From Perna viridis (taxonomy: Eukaryota): a stretch of 64,000 bases of DNA. The stretch spans positions 38,350,664 through 38,414,663 of the forward strand of contig CM074520.1 of the NCBI GenBank assembly GCA_037379345.1. Direction: 5' to 3'. Positions 14,652-29,232 of the stretch are shown here, piece by piece; the stretch's first letter is position 1; each line of letters opens with the position of its first letter. The notes under the pieces are model-generated. The model saw only the letters and a list, made by a program, of their open reading frames with translations. It searched no databases and was not told the origin of the DNA. Both the position numbers and the translations under genes were made by a program.

Positions 14652-16730
14652 AAAAAACATTTAACAATGTATTTAAACAATTCTTTTCATGATTAAAATT
14701 TCCAAAAACATTAAGCGCGATTGACCATCAAGTAATTTATGTTACTTATAACTGAAAAATGTATATACTTCTAAGCACTCTCCAATGATTCACAAAATAC
14801 GAAGTGTCCAATATCCTTCCAGGCTTTCAGCTGACTAACACAAAATATATTCATAATTCTATATAAAAGTACTCCCTTGACAAGCAGCATTGATGTCAGT
14901 ATATTAAAATGAGTTAACCGTTATCCAATTTGTCTATATTGAACGTGCTATAGAGTCATTGATAACGTGCGCAGAAAATCAAATGGATCGATTGGTATTT
15001 ACATATGAATAACATATATAAGTTTATATATGAACAAAATGGTAAAATAGTTTTAATGGAATGTTGATAGATATCAGCTTCTTTATGAGGTTACGAAATA
15101 GTTCAATATTCCACAACACGTTATGCAAAATCATGCTTTAGTTCGGTGTACATCTGTTTTTAAAGTCATCCTCTTTGTAGTAATACGGCTAATTTTTAAA
15201 AAAAAATATTCTGTATTTTTCCGACGCAGTCAGTATTGCTTCGCTTTTTCACTCTTTAGCCTTAAGGACGCTCTTCTATGGAAACGCAAGTCACCTGATC
15301 GCAGGTTTTATTCCCGATTTGCCAAATACTGATAACTCAGTGGCGTTCGAAAATTTGGAATAACGTTCGTAAAAAAACTTTATCGGAACCTTAAAAATTG
15401 CGTGGCACGTGTTCGTTTCTTGAAAGAAGTGTAGAAAATTAGAAGTAAAAAAGAACACAATTTGACAGCGTCGGCTATCTTTTTTAAAGATAGTTTTTGT
15501 TTTTACTTATATTCATACTTGTGAACAGTTGCCCCACAAAATGGTGATTATCTATTAGACAACAAATGCTTATAATTTATTTGTTAATAACCTTAGATCA
15601 AATCATGATATAGGGAGAAATATTGTGATACAACTACCATTTCATAATTTGTCATGTAATGGTCAGTTTATTTCAACGCAGATCTATAATTTCCATTTTG
15701 TTGTTCAGCCGTGGACGGTACATTTTGGTATTTTTGCATCATTTTATTTTAAAACATAATTTCACGAATGGTTGTAATAACTTTGTTCTAGCAAAGAAAA
15801 AATATGTGAATCATTTGCATATATATAGAAGTAGATTATTATCCTGAAAATACTTGAAAACACAAAGAAAACATTTCATTATGTTTAGTTCTACTATTTA
15901 TGAAGTGTGCACCTGATTTAAGTGAAAGTAGACGATATAAGCCACGTGTATTATAACAGACATGGTATATTCTACAATGGAGACAAATTTTCGTCTTGTT
16001 TATATTAAAATTAGTAATACTACCAATTTACTCGTGGAATGTGTTTATACACGCAACAGGCCATTAAAATTTACAGAAAGTGCTGCCTGTTTTCTTTTAA
16101 TGGTAAACTCAAGATGATGTCAAATCAATTCATATTTTCCGATTGTAGCAAATTTTCAGATAAAACCCATCTTAGGTAATAATGTATATAGTATCACAGA
16201 TGCTATTCTGGGTCGGATAAAATTGCAAAACATTTACTAAAATTGATTATAAACATTTCAAGAATGAATTCAAAATGATAAAGGAAAACTTGTTTCGCCG
16301 ATAGTCGTATCTGATTTTTATCTCCAGAAATGAATAGAAATATAAGGTAAAAAAGGGTATGTTTTCATTGTCTAACAAATTATATGCAAATCAGGGGCAT
16401 TCTAATACCAATGTCTTGAAATGCCAAATTAAAACGAAAACAGTAGCACTTAAAATATTAGATTGGGTTCAAATATGAAGAAATCGGGTATATTTTTAAT
16501 TTACAAAGAAAATTTATTTTTCCTCATGGGACGTCTGCTGTCATGTCACAAAAAAAAATGGGTTCTTATTTTACTATGTGTCTGATTCCTATTTAACAAC
16601 ACGCTATTGATTGAAAGTAGACCTGATATGTTAATTCTGTTTGAAACAATTACATAATATGACAAAAGAATTTGATAAGAATTTGATTAAAAATGTTGTA
16701 ATTTAAAGCTTTAAACTTTGCATACTCAGT

Positions 16731-16763
<33 letters not shown>

Positions 16764-18339
16764 TGCTTTTTTGAGTGTGCGGAACAAATTACGCACACTG
16801 TAAACATTCTTTGCTACTCGTGACCATATTTTACTTTTTCACTCCATCTAGGTATTTAAAATATTAATCATGTTATTGTTTTGGTTACTTTGTGTGCTAT
16901 TTTCGGAGTTATTAAAGGCAATACTTGGCATCTATTACAGTAATGGATGAATGTCGCCTCGTGCTGCTGTTCATGGTACCATGACATGTAATAACATTTG
17001 TGATGTATGACTTACAGATAAAACGTAAACGTAAATGCTTTTCTTATAACTTATTGCAAAGAAGTACTACCAGTATCTAGTAAAGATGTGATAAACCCGA
17101 TTTTTTTTAGGCATTTTTAAAATTTATAAATAGTGAAACCAATAATAGTGAATATAATGTTGATCGCCCTTTAGTTTTTATCATTTATTATATGCCCAAA
17201 AACTAGATATTTCAATGTGATTTCTTTATCATGATAAATGATATTATATATCTATCAAAATAAATTGACTGCCCAGCTATTTAGGCAGGTTTTCTGTTGT
17301 TTGTAATATATTGCTGATTAATTTCCCCCTGCACATTCTAAACTATAGCACTTTATGATGTGGATAAAAGTAAAACTATTATTTTGTTCAAAATAACCGA
17401 ACTTGATTTCCCTTTCCAATCTCTGATACCTATATATTTAGCTTTTTTTAAAAATTTTTATCAGGCATTTATATAATAAAATTTCTATTTCTCCGTAATT
17501 GTTTCCGTTAAAGGTGTAAATTAATTAATGGTGCATGACTTTTAATTGAGCGGTAATATAAGATAAACTGGAATGTTAGTTCCTGTATACTGGGTATTTT
17601 ACAGGGACAATTATTATTATTGTTTTAATGCACACAAGTAATAAATAAATACAGACATGAAATTCACTACCTCTCCGTAATTGTTCCCGTTAATGGTGTA
17701 AATCAATTAATGGTGCATGACTCTTGATTGAGTTTTAGTCTAATTTGAGACAGACAATGTTTTTTTTTATTTTATATTTATATTTATCTTTTATATTGAA
17801 AAAAAATATATAAGAAAATTGAGTTTTGTGACTAAATATGATTGTTTCAAGTAAGGAAGTATCACAGGAAAGCAATTATTGCATGTACATAATTATGAAT
17901 CATTGCAAAACATAGTTTACTCAAACTTAGATGTAATGTATTCAGTTTGTTGATAGCGACATACTGAATAATTTTTTTTTTGTGTTCTCAGATTCAATAT
18001 GTAATAATACATATAAAAAATTAAACTTATGATGATCAAAAAAATGTTGATTGCCCAATAGTTCTTTTCATAATTAATTTTGATTAACTTTTCTCGTACT
18101 TTGCACGAAAACTTATTGACTGCAAACCCAAATTAATAAAAAGAGCTGGCAATAATCAACAGTTTTACAAATTATGCAATTCGCTGAGGGATGTATTCGC
18201 CATTTATATAGGTTTTTGTCTGTTGTTGGTAATATATGGCTGAATAATTTCTACCTACACATTCTTAGCCTATTGCACTTTAGGCTGCTTATGACAGTAA
18301 GGCTATCATCTTGTTCAAAATAACCTAACAATGTCGTTC

Positions 18340-19480
18340 AATTTTACTATTAAAAAAGAATAGGAAAATTATCCCTTCTAAATGTTTTGAATAAATTATC
18401 TTTAATTAAACTAACGTTCGCTAAAAAGGAAAAGTGTGGCAAAACGAACGTTTAAACTATCGATACTTTACTTTGTATAGACTGATTCCTTCTTCCATGA
18501 TTTGAGTAAGATATTTCGTTTGTTCAAATTTACTTTTCTCAATTTAGTGTGTCTTATTCATATTTATTATTCCCGAAATATATCCCTAGATTTGGTGAAT
18601 TTGATGTAATCGTAGTCGTCATGTTTCGTGTTATAGCTTACCTACTCCTTCTGTTTCTTCTTTCTTTATTAGTTAATAAGTTGACGAAGATTTCTAGGTT
18701 TAGAACGGTGCCGATATCATCCTTAGTTGAAAAAAAATAGAGTTGTATCGTTTGCTACAACGAAGTTATACAACGATTTCCATTTTTTAATTGTATTTAT
18801 ATTTCCTGATTATCATTATTGACGTGCTAAATTTTCTGCCGCCATTACAAAAATGAGGGATTATCACGAATATCCTTGGCGGATCCCTTTGATAATAGTA
18901 AGAGGCGCGGATAGCCACTGCAAAATACAGTACTATTTATATTTGAAGATACGTTTCGTATCCAACTGATATATCGTTCATTGAAACAAAGATGAGACAG
19001 AGTATGCTATGAAATATTCCATTCTGGCGTGTCGAACGTTCCAGAAAAAAATTGAACAATTCAATCTTTTTTTCATTGAAATCCTCTGTGTTATGGATTG
19101 TATCTTGTATTTGTCATAAATTAAATCCAATCAACTAGCTTTTAACATACCCCGTTTGATTTGAATTTATGGTTATGTTTGGCAATGGCTTGATTATTGA
19201 GGAAGGTATAACATTTTGTAGATAGAATGATAGATAAAAGTGATATGGGTGTATAGCATTATAGCACAGTTGGGTCATTTTTTCTTACATATTAAATATA
19301 TAGCAGACTTTGTATATGTGAAAAGGCGGGTTCTGTTATAGTATCAATGATTAAACCTTTTTTTTTTCCGACAGATTACTGATTTTGGGCAAACATTCTT
19401 GTAAAATTGATATTAATTCCGTCCAGCCCTGAATTGTAGTCCAATTTTAAATTTCTATGTCTTTGTTTAATTCTGCCTTT
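18340..19480 (-). mobile_element. Decayed Tx1/L1-clade LINE reverse transcriptase
   Basis: Minus translation through frameshifts gives SGLDGINI, KNDPTVL*CYTPISLL, NSNQTGYVK, IGFNL*QIQD, FDTPEWN, KGIRQG, ANDTTLFF and LGIYFGNN. These correspond to KSPGLDG, YRPISLL, QTGYIK, AFDSLEW, GIRQGCP and ADDTTLF. Confidence 0.9.
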
Positions 19481-19884
19481 GCGATCTGACAATCACAGTT
19501 TACTATCTTACATGTCGATTTAGTTGCACTGATATAGTTGAAAACTTGATTATTTTCTATGTAACACCCAAACTACCATAGAATCATGCATTATGTGCTA
19601 CAAGGGGGGGGTCTTATATTTTCAGCTGGAATCTTTCTCTGTTAGGAGCAATGGAGTATTTCAGAATAGTAATGCAGATTTTCCAGGTTGTTTTATAATA
19701 TTGAAATTGAAAAATAGAGAACAGGATACAAGTCAGGTGTATAAATATTTTATTACCATACATTTTAAAAAAGATCATAAAATCTTATTCATTGTTGGCA
19801 GCAGATAAAACCACATGGTACTGCAAAGGTAAAGTATAGTACAAACTAATTTCAGAATAAACAAAAGTGGACACTCTTGTTCCT

Positions 19885-21410
19885 GACATTGATTCTCTGT
19901 CAAAGTGGTTAAAGGCCGTGATGTCTTTAATTTTGAAACGAATGAAAGTTTTAAGTAGGTCAATGAGTGCCAAGGCTACATCAGGGTTCAAGACCCCGAT
20001 GTAGCAAAAAATTGTTTACTATACATGAAAAAAAATTTGTCGTACCAGCAGACAAAGCCCAAAACAACATTGTTTCTGTCTGCAAAACGTTTTACATCCA
20101 ATGTTTATTATCAGAGGTAGATGTAGAAGATAATAGCAGTGATAAGACCTATACTGCGACCACTCTTTCCAAAGAAGAGATTGTGGAAAAGCATAAATCT
20201 GTGCTATTCTCTTTTGGTCTCTCTACCAAAGACGATGATTGTGATTGACAGTTTATGTACTGCATTCCTAAACTCCACAAGAATCCATACAATCAACGTT
20301 TCGTAGCTGGATCTGCAAAATGTACCACCAAACCTCTTTCACAACTTTTAACTTCTATACTCACAACTGTCAAAGAGGGTCTGCAGTCCTTGCACAACAC
20401 TTGTTACTCCCGTATCAATTGGTATCAATTGAATGTGGATCCTGAAAAATTCGAAAGATCTTATGGAGACAATCAGTTCAATGCTATTATCTGAATATAA
20501 TAGCATTAAAACCTATGATATGTCAACACTGTATATTTCTATTCCCCATACTCAGTTAAAATCCCGACTTAAACACATTCTACATCGTAGTTTTCTCCGA
20601 AAAAAAAGGTCACCTAGATACATATAAATAGAACTTGGTAGAGATTCCTCATACTTTGTAAGAAATAATTCCCAATCATCTTCAAAATACACAGAGGAAG
20701 ATGTTTACAAAATGCTGGAATTTTTAATCGACAACATATTTGTCCAGTGTCGTGGACGTGTTTTTCAACAAACGGTCGGCATTCCAATGGGAACAAATTG
20801 TGCTCCTTTACTTGCGGACCTATTCCTTCACTCTAATGAGGCTGACTTTATAGCTAATCCGATCAGAAAGAAAGAATATCGTTTGGCTAGATCCCAAGAA
20901 GTCAGTCTCATATCTTGACCTACACTTAGAAATCGATGGTAAAGTAAAACTATTGACCAAACTATACGAACGTGATGACTTTGCATTCAGTATTGTCAAC
21001 TTTCCTTTCATAAGTGGTAACATCCCTTCGGCACCTGCGTATGGAGTGGTGATATCACAACACATACGTTATGCAGAGCTTGTCGAAACTACGCAGACTT
21101 TTTGTATCGCGCTCGAACTCTAACAAATAGGCTTCTGGAAGAGGGTTATGTTGCTACAAGATTGAAGTCATCACTACAGAAGGCGGGTGTTTCTAGAAAA
21201 GCAGAGGACGCTTACCCTACCGGAGCACCTGGTCCCTGCCCCCAGTGCTTTAGTGAAGTCCGAGTTGTTCATTTGCTTTTGTTACTTTGTATGTATGATT
21301 TTAGTTAATTTATGTTCTTTGTTGTGTAGGTCTGTTTTCTAAGTCTGGTTTTTGTCCCTGGATTACATTCTTTTGATTACCGCCATAACCTTGGTTCCCT
21401 TGATTACTCT
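19885..21410 (+). mobile_element. 5'-truncated, frameshifted Penelope-like retroelement (RT; probably Naiad-type)
   Basis: ORF pieces VVPADKAQNNI, IPKLHKNPY..RF, IKTYDMSTLY, GIPMGTNCAPLLADLFL and RLLEEGY, plus the family 3' end. Two internal deletions. No GIY-YIG follows the thumb. Confidence 0.93.
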
Positions 21411-21699
21411 TGTATATCTAACACAGACATGAAAATGATGAAATTTTGCGTTTTTCAGACAACGCTAAAAACACATCATTTCTTCATAACACGAAATACA
21501 ATTCAAACAAATCACTAAATATCATGGACTTATCATTTGGAGTTCATGTTTAAATGAACTTGTCAGAAAACTTAATGTACAGTTTGTGACGCCATCCCTG
21601 TTATCAACGCTGCGAAAAAAACAAAACCCACGTCTCGCTTTCTGCAACTTTTCAAGTAGGCTAGACAAAAATCAAAGCATGGTGAACGAATTTGTAAAA

Positions 21700-21925
21700 G
21701 TTCTGCGTCACTTGTTTTCCAATTTCCAATGTGTTCATTATAATGTTAACATATTCTTTCATACATATGTATGTGTAAAAATCCATATTTGTATTGAGTT
21801 TAGTTTTTTTTTTTGAAATATTTTGTTCTACACAGACAATTTCAGGACAACAAACTAATACACTGACAGACGGACTAAGTGAAAACTATAGGTCACAGCA
21901 TCCGTGGTGTGAGGTCCTAAATAAT
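21700..21925 (+). mobile_element. Short Helentron/HINE-like interspersed repeat (decayed)
   Basis: GACAGACGGAC tract followed by a short GC-rich imperfect palindrome and an A-rich end. Confidence 0.45.
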
Positions 21926-22489
21926 GCAAAAAATGTATATTGTTTCATAACAAAATTTAAGTCAATCATGTTTTTGTGATTGTGACATTTCAATTATCTA
22001 CTGGTACATGAAATTGGTCAAGATATGTAGACAAAATCTTATCAGTTAAGTCAGACATGTTCTCCTGCATTTCTAAACTATTTCATGCAACATATTCCTT
22101 AGTTCAAGGTCATTTACAGTGTCAATTTCTTCTGTCATAAAATCTGCAACACGGGGGATGTCCTGCATTGAATGTTGCCTAGATATAAAACTTGCAAACG
22201 AGCTTTTAATTCGGCTAACAGATAGCCATTTTTGGGGGGAAAACATTTTTGATCCATTATCCACTCTTTGCTTCCTTAACCTCTCACAAATCTCATCATA
22301 ACGTGGGCGCTTCCCTGTTCTTTCACCTTCATCATAAATGTTTTTCAAGAAAGTTTTAACTTGGGAGAAAAACGAATTGCTCGACGGGTTTTCTTTAAAG
22401 GCCATCTCTAATCAACAGTATCTTCTTTGAAACATGAAATACATGACTGTTCAAGATATACAAAAAAACTACTGTTTGACCTCTACGTT

Positions 22490-22790
22490 CTACTTTTAGT
22501 ATTTTTTTTCAACGAATACAAAATCCTGTTATCAGTTCTATGCATGATACTCCAAGGAACATCCATAAAAAGTTTGGTTTTAATTAGTCAAGTAGTTTTA
22601 GAGAAGAAGAGTTTCGTGTAATTGTTAATGACGAGAGAGACAGACGACGACGACGACGGGCAACGACTATAGCTGAGAATGTGAACTTTAAAATCATATT
22701 TGTAAATTACTACAAAAATGTTCTGCAGACGACAATGGATGTCAAGTTATAGACATAGCTCACATGGCCTTTGTCCATGTGACCTAATAA
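22490..22790 (+). mobile_element. Helentron/HINE-like non-autonomous element in an intron
   Basis: (GAC)n tract and terminal hairpin AGCTCACATGGCCTTTGTCCATGTGACCT, typical of bivalve HINE-like repeats. Confidence 0.6.
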
Positions 22791-24319
22791 CACGTACTGA
22801 CCCTAACAATGTATCTTATACATCTTTTGGTATCCAATTTTTAAGAATATGTCTACTCACATGTTGCACAATTTCCAAATTGAAGACTGTAACCTTCTAC
22901 CACAGAGAGCTTGCAAACTTCATCAGTTGTAAGACAAATTTTCTTAGTTGGTGGGGCATCTAAACGGCAAAACAACGCACCGAGTGATTGTACCATCAAT
23001 TACAGTCAAAAATAGACAAAATGTAATAAGCAATACTAAACAAATAAACCATTTGAATGATATTTATTTTATTACAGCTACATAGGAATTATCACTATTC
23101 ATGGATGTCCTAAGTCATGAAATTGCATGTACATGTAGGATTTCAAAAAAAATAAAACCAGCCCTGATGTAATTCAGAGATATGTCCTTACCCTAAATCT
23201 TAACTTAAGCAAGTCTTGGCTATGTGACCTTATTCCGGTATGGATTCTGGTTCCTACTGAAGTTGAATATCATGGACTAGAATTAGCTGAGATATGGACT
23301 CAACCAAAAACCATATTGTATATTCAGTGCTACTGAAGAAACCCAGGGGGAATCTATGTATGAAAACACTCTTACGAAATATGTTAAGCTTCTGAAGGAA
23401 AAATGATCTTCGAAGCCTCCCACTGAAAGTCAAATGGTTAAGAGTTATTTTTGCTGGAGGCAGATTTTACTGCTTATCTTCATGTTTATTTAATCTTTAT
23501 TATCATATACCAATGGTTATGAACATCCATTTTTGTATAGTATATATAAATTATCTCTATAAAATAGTTTCATTTTCGTTGATGAAAAGAATTTTTTCAC
23601 ATGCACTTATTTACATACATACATACCATCCTTAGTATTAAAATCCTCATTTTCTTCATTGAACTTAGATACAACTTTGCTGTGTTCTTCTCTACAACCT
23701 CTGCGTATACCTGTAAAGTAGTTATCAAAGTTAAGATTTTCGATTGAAAAAAAAAAAAAAATAAGAAGAAGAAGTTTGTAACAAGAAAACTTTGTTATAC
23801 ATTAAAGAAATGGTGGCATTTTTACAGAGAAAGTTATTACTTACGTAGTTGTTTTTGTTTAAGTCTGTATATCAACAACTGTAAGTTTTACTGACTTTGC
23901 AAGGGGTTTGAAAGATTTTCACATTAAAAGTCTGTGAGCAAAGCCCACTATATATGATACCACAACCCTTACATGTTATCTTATAATGTAAGAGTCATTT
24001 AGATCTAAATCTAAAATAGAGAGGTAAAAATTTACATTATGTAAAAGTTTCATGAAATTTTATTCAGTTGTCCAAATGTCACGGCTAAGGGATGATAACC
24101 CCTAGTCCGCCCCTAGCTGATGTATCTAGGTATATTTGTACAAATAACTAAATTATGTAACAAAAGTTTTGTGAACATTTCATGACATTTCATTCAGAAA
24201 TCAAAAAATAAAACAAAAACATATATACAGCAGACTAAGGATAGTTTTGGATAAGGGATGGTAACCATCCTTACTAAATAATGGCAAAGTCCATGTTTTA
24301 CTATGGGAAACCCCGTATA

Positions 24320-24500
24320 TCATTCAAATCAAAATCAAAGAGGTGCACGTCTACATAATCTAACAAAGTTTCTTGAAATTTGGTTCAGTAGTTCAGGAGT
24401 TGTGGATTAGAGACGGGCACTATCAAATGTTAAGAACTGACTGACAGACAAACACTTAATTACTGTATAACACCCACTTTTGAAGGGAGAGGTATTTCAA
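24320..24500 (+). mobile_element. HINE-like repeat remnant in an intron
   Basis: AAGTTTCTTGAAATTTGGTTCAGTAGTT, a CTGACTGACAGACA tract and a CCC..TTTTGAAGGG..GGTAT end. Confidence 0.45.
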
Positions 24501-27500
24501 ATACATGTATTTTAGGGCACATTTGAAATTGAGTTTGTTTCCTAGAGAAGATTATTTTAAGAAAAAAGACAAATCTTTATTTTTAACATGAATATTGATT
24601 CTATAACATGTATAATAAGATTATGAAAATGGTTGCCATGAAAATAACCGAAAGAATCTTCTTGATATAACTATATTTTGTATGTAAGGCAATAGACGAC
24701 CTGCCACTTTGGTTCCGTAAAAACACATTTCTTTTGCACAGCCGAAATTGTCATAGATAGATGAAAAGTCACTTACATTGATTGAATGGCATGTCGATGA
24801 TTTTACCTCGAATACAATTTTCTTCAGCACTGTAAGCATGTACAAATGTTATAAGGATCTTGACACCTATGGTCACATCACTTTAAGAGTTTAAACAATT
24901 ATAGCATTGAGACGAGCATCATTTTCATTTTTTTTGTATTTGAGTTTGATTACCCATATACAAGTTTTTCTGCAGCAGGAGCAGGTTAACCCAAACCTAA
25001 TTTTGGGGCCAATTCGATATGGTAGGGAGAAACATTATTTTAAATGGTCTTGTTGCTATTTTTTTTTAATCAAAATCAATATGGAGAAAAAGGGCTACAT
25101 TTGGACTTATTCTTCTGCCAAGAAAAAAAAATACCCTCCTTTTTTCCTCCAAACGCTCAAATCAAATGTTTGTCCTTAAATGTTGCTTCATTTATTATAA
25201 TCTTACCTTCACAACTAAAACTGTACATTTCTAGTACAAATAAATTTCTACTGCCTTGGCGTAGGATATTCCTCTGTCAGCTTTTCGTTTGGACTCTCAA
25301 TGAAGTGGGTGTTTACATTTTGACATTTTGGCATTTCCAGTACAGTCCAAATGTATCAAGATGCAATTGGCATACTTTGGCATATGTAAAGTTAGTTGAA
25401 TCAATATAAACATGATAAAGTCCAACACGAGCTATTATCAAAGAGGATTCAGTTATTTGGCTTTTTGTTTGTTCTGATGCATTTATGGATCTGAGGTGTG
25501 CATAAACATTTTTGTTACAATCACCAAGTCGTATGTAAAAATCTTTGTCATTTTAGTGTGTTGATAAACTGCATGTATAACTGTCATGAATACTTAGAAT
25601 ACACTTGTTTACATATGTAGCCATACGCTATGACTAGATAAATATATATTAATGTATTCTTTATCATCCCTCTGTCTGTGTGTCTGGTCCAGATGTTATT
25701 CTTGTTTTCATAGTTACAGAAATGGAGAGTTACGCAAGGGGAAATAACTCCTTCATATTTTGTACTTATTTTCAGCAACATTTTTACACTGGTACAAAAT
25801 GTTTAATTTATTTATTAGCAATATATTTGATTAAGAATATGATTAGCACCAACGTATATGCATTTTCGTCATGATATACCATAATTAGGGTAAATTTGAG
25901 ACTAGTTTACAGACTGGAAAGCAGATTTTTCAGAAATGTTTCCAATAATTTGGTACTTAAAGAAAAATAAACAGCATCAACAATTGTCACAATGCAACTG
26001 TATTAGAATGAGATGGTAGTTGTTTATGAAGGAAAAGATCGGACTAATTATTGCCTTAAAATAATGTGTTTCTGTAAAGCTAAAAGTATGAAATCGCTGA
26101 AATATATATTAGAAATAGGGGTTCTCAAATGGGTACCATAGTGACATATATAAAAGGCCCAGTTCAAATTTGTTTGTATGGTATGAAAGAACCTATTTTC
26201 TAAACGTTTCATCCCAAAAATAAAACAAAAATACGGTCCAATTGAAGTTTTAAGCTTTTAATGGATAAGAGTTTAAAGGATATTTAAAATAGGCCAATTC
26301 AAGCGATTTTTAATCAGTTGCTATGGAAGCAGGACCATCAGATAGATTTTTTCTGGGTTGAATATTGAAGAATAGTTCATACTGCTTGTAGAGAAGAATG
26401 CATGTCAAGTGAAAATACAATTTTCATTAAACAGTTTTTGGATCAACGTATGTCATATTTTAACAAAATAAGCAGGAAAAAAGTACGGGAAATCTTGTCA
26501 ATCTAAAAATGGTGCCGTAACACCTATACTAAGAGCACAAAAAAAAATCTGGATTGTTTATGCTCATACCCATATAATCAAATTAACAAAACTTCAATAA
26601 AATCCATTGACCTATCATGTGGACCCATATGTAATGCTTTTGCATGGTTTTAAGGTAGATTGGTTTGTTGTTTTCTTCGACTTAACCAGACAATAATTTA
26701 TTCACAAGTTTTTAACTTTTATTTGCAACATATCTCATAACAAGCAAAGCTCAAATCTGCTTGATTTTAACTCCGTTCTAAGGTTTTCAATTAGAGATGT
26801 CTACCATTTTGACGAAACCCGTCGTCAACGAACATAACTAAACGAAACTAGCCATAGGAAAACCTTTTTTGCGACCAACCGTGAAAAAAAACGGATGAAA
26901 TTATTCATGATAAGTGCAGATAAAAATCGTTTAACAATTCACATCTATTTCACAGTTCGTATATTTATTGGTGATCAACAATTTTAACACGTTTTTTGCG
27001 ACATATGCTTGAATCTCATATTCATAGGGAGGTTGTTGTCCAGAGATTAAAACAAAGGAGGGTCTGTCGGATATAAAGCTAGATACAAGGCCATTAATTT
27101 CTCGTCTTTTCATTTATAACTATTTAGTTTTAGTCTGTAGCGCTAGAATTATCAACCCGATTGTCTTTGGAATGAATACAGGCTTAAGTGCATTTTATAT
27201 ATACATATTTCAATTTGAATGTTTTGGACAAATTTCATATTTTTGGACGATTTTGTAGTTGATTGATTATGTCAGAGTATGGAATAAAGCACATGTTTAT
27301 TTAACACGGGATAGTTTTTCCTTTTCCTTGAAAATTTGCAGAATCTACAACGCAACTAAAAGCAAATGTACTTGAAATGTCACTTTTTTAAAGCGCAATG
27401 ACAACGTGATTGCTCCACTACGTATGTCGTGATTTGGTATTGAAAATAAACGTGGGTCTAAAGTATATATTTTAGGAATAAGATTGGAGTTGAATTACGG

Positions 27501-28831
27501 TATTGTTATTGTTCCTGCATCTATAAACAACACACACAATTATAATTGAAGTACGAAAAATAAACACAGAAAATGCTAGATCGCCCTAAAATGAAATGAT
27601 TTTTCAAAAGTAAAAATTATCTTATGTTTTTGTTTTTTTGTTTTTTGTTTTTTTTTTTTTGTTTGATTTGACGGCGCCTCACATTATGTTTTTTTAGAGT
27701 TTCGTTAAAACAAAACTGTAAGAAAATTAGAAGAAAATATAGAAATAATGAGCGTTAACTAACAACTAAAAGAGTCCGTTTCCACCCCTTTATTTTATTA
27801 TTTCTTCCTTTTTGAACAAAAGGTACGTATAAAGTTAAAACTCGGTCTTCAGTCTAATGAATTAAATGTCAAGTTTGTAAAGGCATTACAAATATTTTGA
27901 TTATAATTCAGTAAAAAGGAATGAGTTAGACTTAAGTTTTAGTATTGATTGTGTTTGTAGTTAATTCAATATATTACAGTCCTTGAACTGTAGTATATTG
28001 ATTTAACTACACGTTTTCCATTTTAGCGTTAATGTAACGTATTTCTTGCATTTACATATCGTTTGGGTTTTTTTAAATGTACGATAAACGCTTTCCTATA
28101 AACGCACGATATAACCGTTTGTTAAATTATGTACATTTGATTATTCCCTTATTCAGCTATCATTTTTATCAGCATAAAATCAAATATAAAACATAACTGA
28201 TATCATATGAAGATATGCTACTTACAAAGAGTGGATATTATCCACAATGTGATATGCACAAATAGTATTAAAGCAGATCCACAAAGTGTCAATCAGTGAC
28301 AATTTTTGACCAATATCTTCATTTAGATCAATAGGAAGTTACTTAAATTTTATTATATAAACTTTCAAATTTTATCTGAATACTTTCACGATTGATAAAA
28401 TTTTAGTGTTTTTTTTTTGTTCAAGTAATGCAATATTGTTATTATGCTGTACGACTTAGCCATGTTGTATTTTGCATGCGTGGGCATTCTAAATATCACG
28501 ATATTGAATAGTTTATCTACACTTATTATATAAACCGAATATGCATAATTTAATATTTGGCTGTTTTTAGATAACATTAACTGCATCGCACAACACTATT
28601 TACAATTACATTGATAGTATTACTTGCATTGGGCAGTTTTAATATTATAGCAAATATATAACCTTTTTTTTCTTTTTTTTTTCTTTTTCTTTTACCAAAA
28701 ACTAGGGTAAGTTATATTTTTCAACGCCAATTTATTTTCAAATTTGATTGTCTAAACGGCCACATATAAGTTTCTTCGAATGAAGAGAGTCACGTTTTTG
28801 ATATTGAAAACAAATTAAAAATATATGTATG

Positions 28832-29232
28832 TACGCAGGCTTTTTCTACCACACTACAGTACTTACAATTAGGCTTATGGAACATGGGTATGTTACTATA
28901 CGATTGAAGTCATCACTACATAAGTTTAACAGTCGTCATCATGAACTCATGGATCCTTACGATGCATCCATCTGCACCATGAGACCTGATTTGATCAATG
29001 TGTCAAATTGAAGTTTTCCTTTCTTCTTTCGTCTACCATGAAATTTTTTATGAGCAACTTCGCGGATATTTTTCGAAAGGCAGCGGACGCTGACCCTACC
29101 TGTGTACCTGTTTCATGCTCCGTGTCTTTAAGGGGACACAAGTTGCTCCTTTAGTTTTATTTCTTTGTATTTATCACTTTGGTTCAGTTATGTTCTTTGT
29201 TGTGTATGTCTTTTGTCCATGCTTGTCTTTCA
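28832..29232 (+). mobile_element. Old Penelope-like 3' fragment, paralog of 10394-10830
   Basis: ORF 28829-29011 reads RLMEHGYVTIRLKSSLHKFNSRHHEL, followed by the UTR. Confidence 0.88.

Larger units (their letters stand above)
4210..18620 (+). repeat. Youngest large duplicate, copy 1 (paralog of 35390-42370)
   Basis: 4210-7860 matches 35390-38640 and 12760-15570 matches 38650-41075 nearly base for base. Further colinear blocks at 16655, 17165 and 18340 match 41075, 41240 and 41990. Confidence 0.92.
22073..25568 (-). pseudogene. Intron-containing transposase-like pseudogene (Sola3-like), catalytic core missing
   Basis: AG/GT-bounded exons at 25207-25568, 24777-24829, 23845-24010, 23627-23710 and 22861-22959, plus a last exon at ~22073-22433 whose acceptor is mutated. 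N-terminal CNKNVYAHL..ESSLIIARVG..VCQLH..GLYW..CKHPLH..RKADRGI; C-terminal RWPLKKTRRAIRFS..FL..IY..GERTG..MF..WLS..IKSSFA. Stops and frameshifts are present. The family name rests on recalled motifs. Confidence 0.7.

Noticed and set aside
19570-26655. Possible TIR pair around the transposase-like gene
   Set aside because: Only patchy similarity between 19580-19700 and the reverse complement of 26500-26650; not distinguishable from chance by eye.
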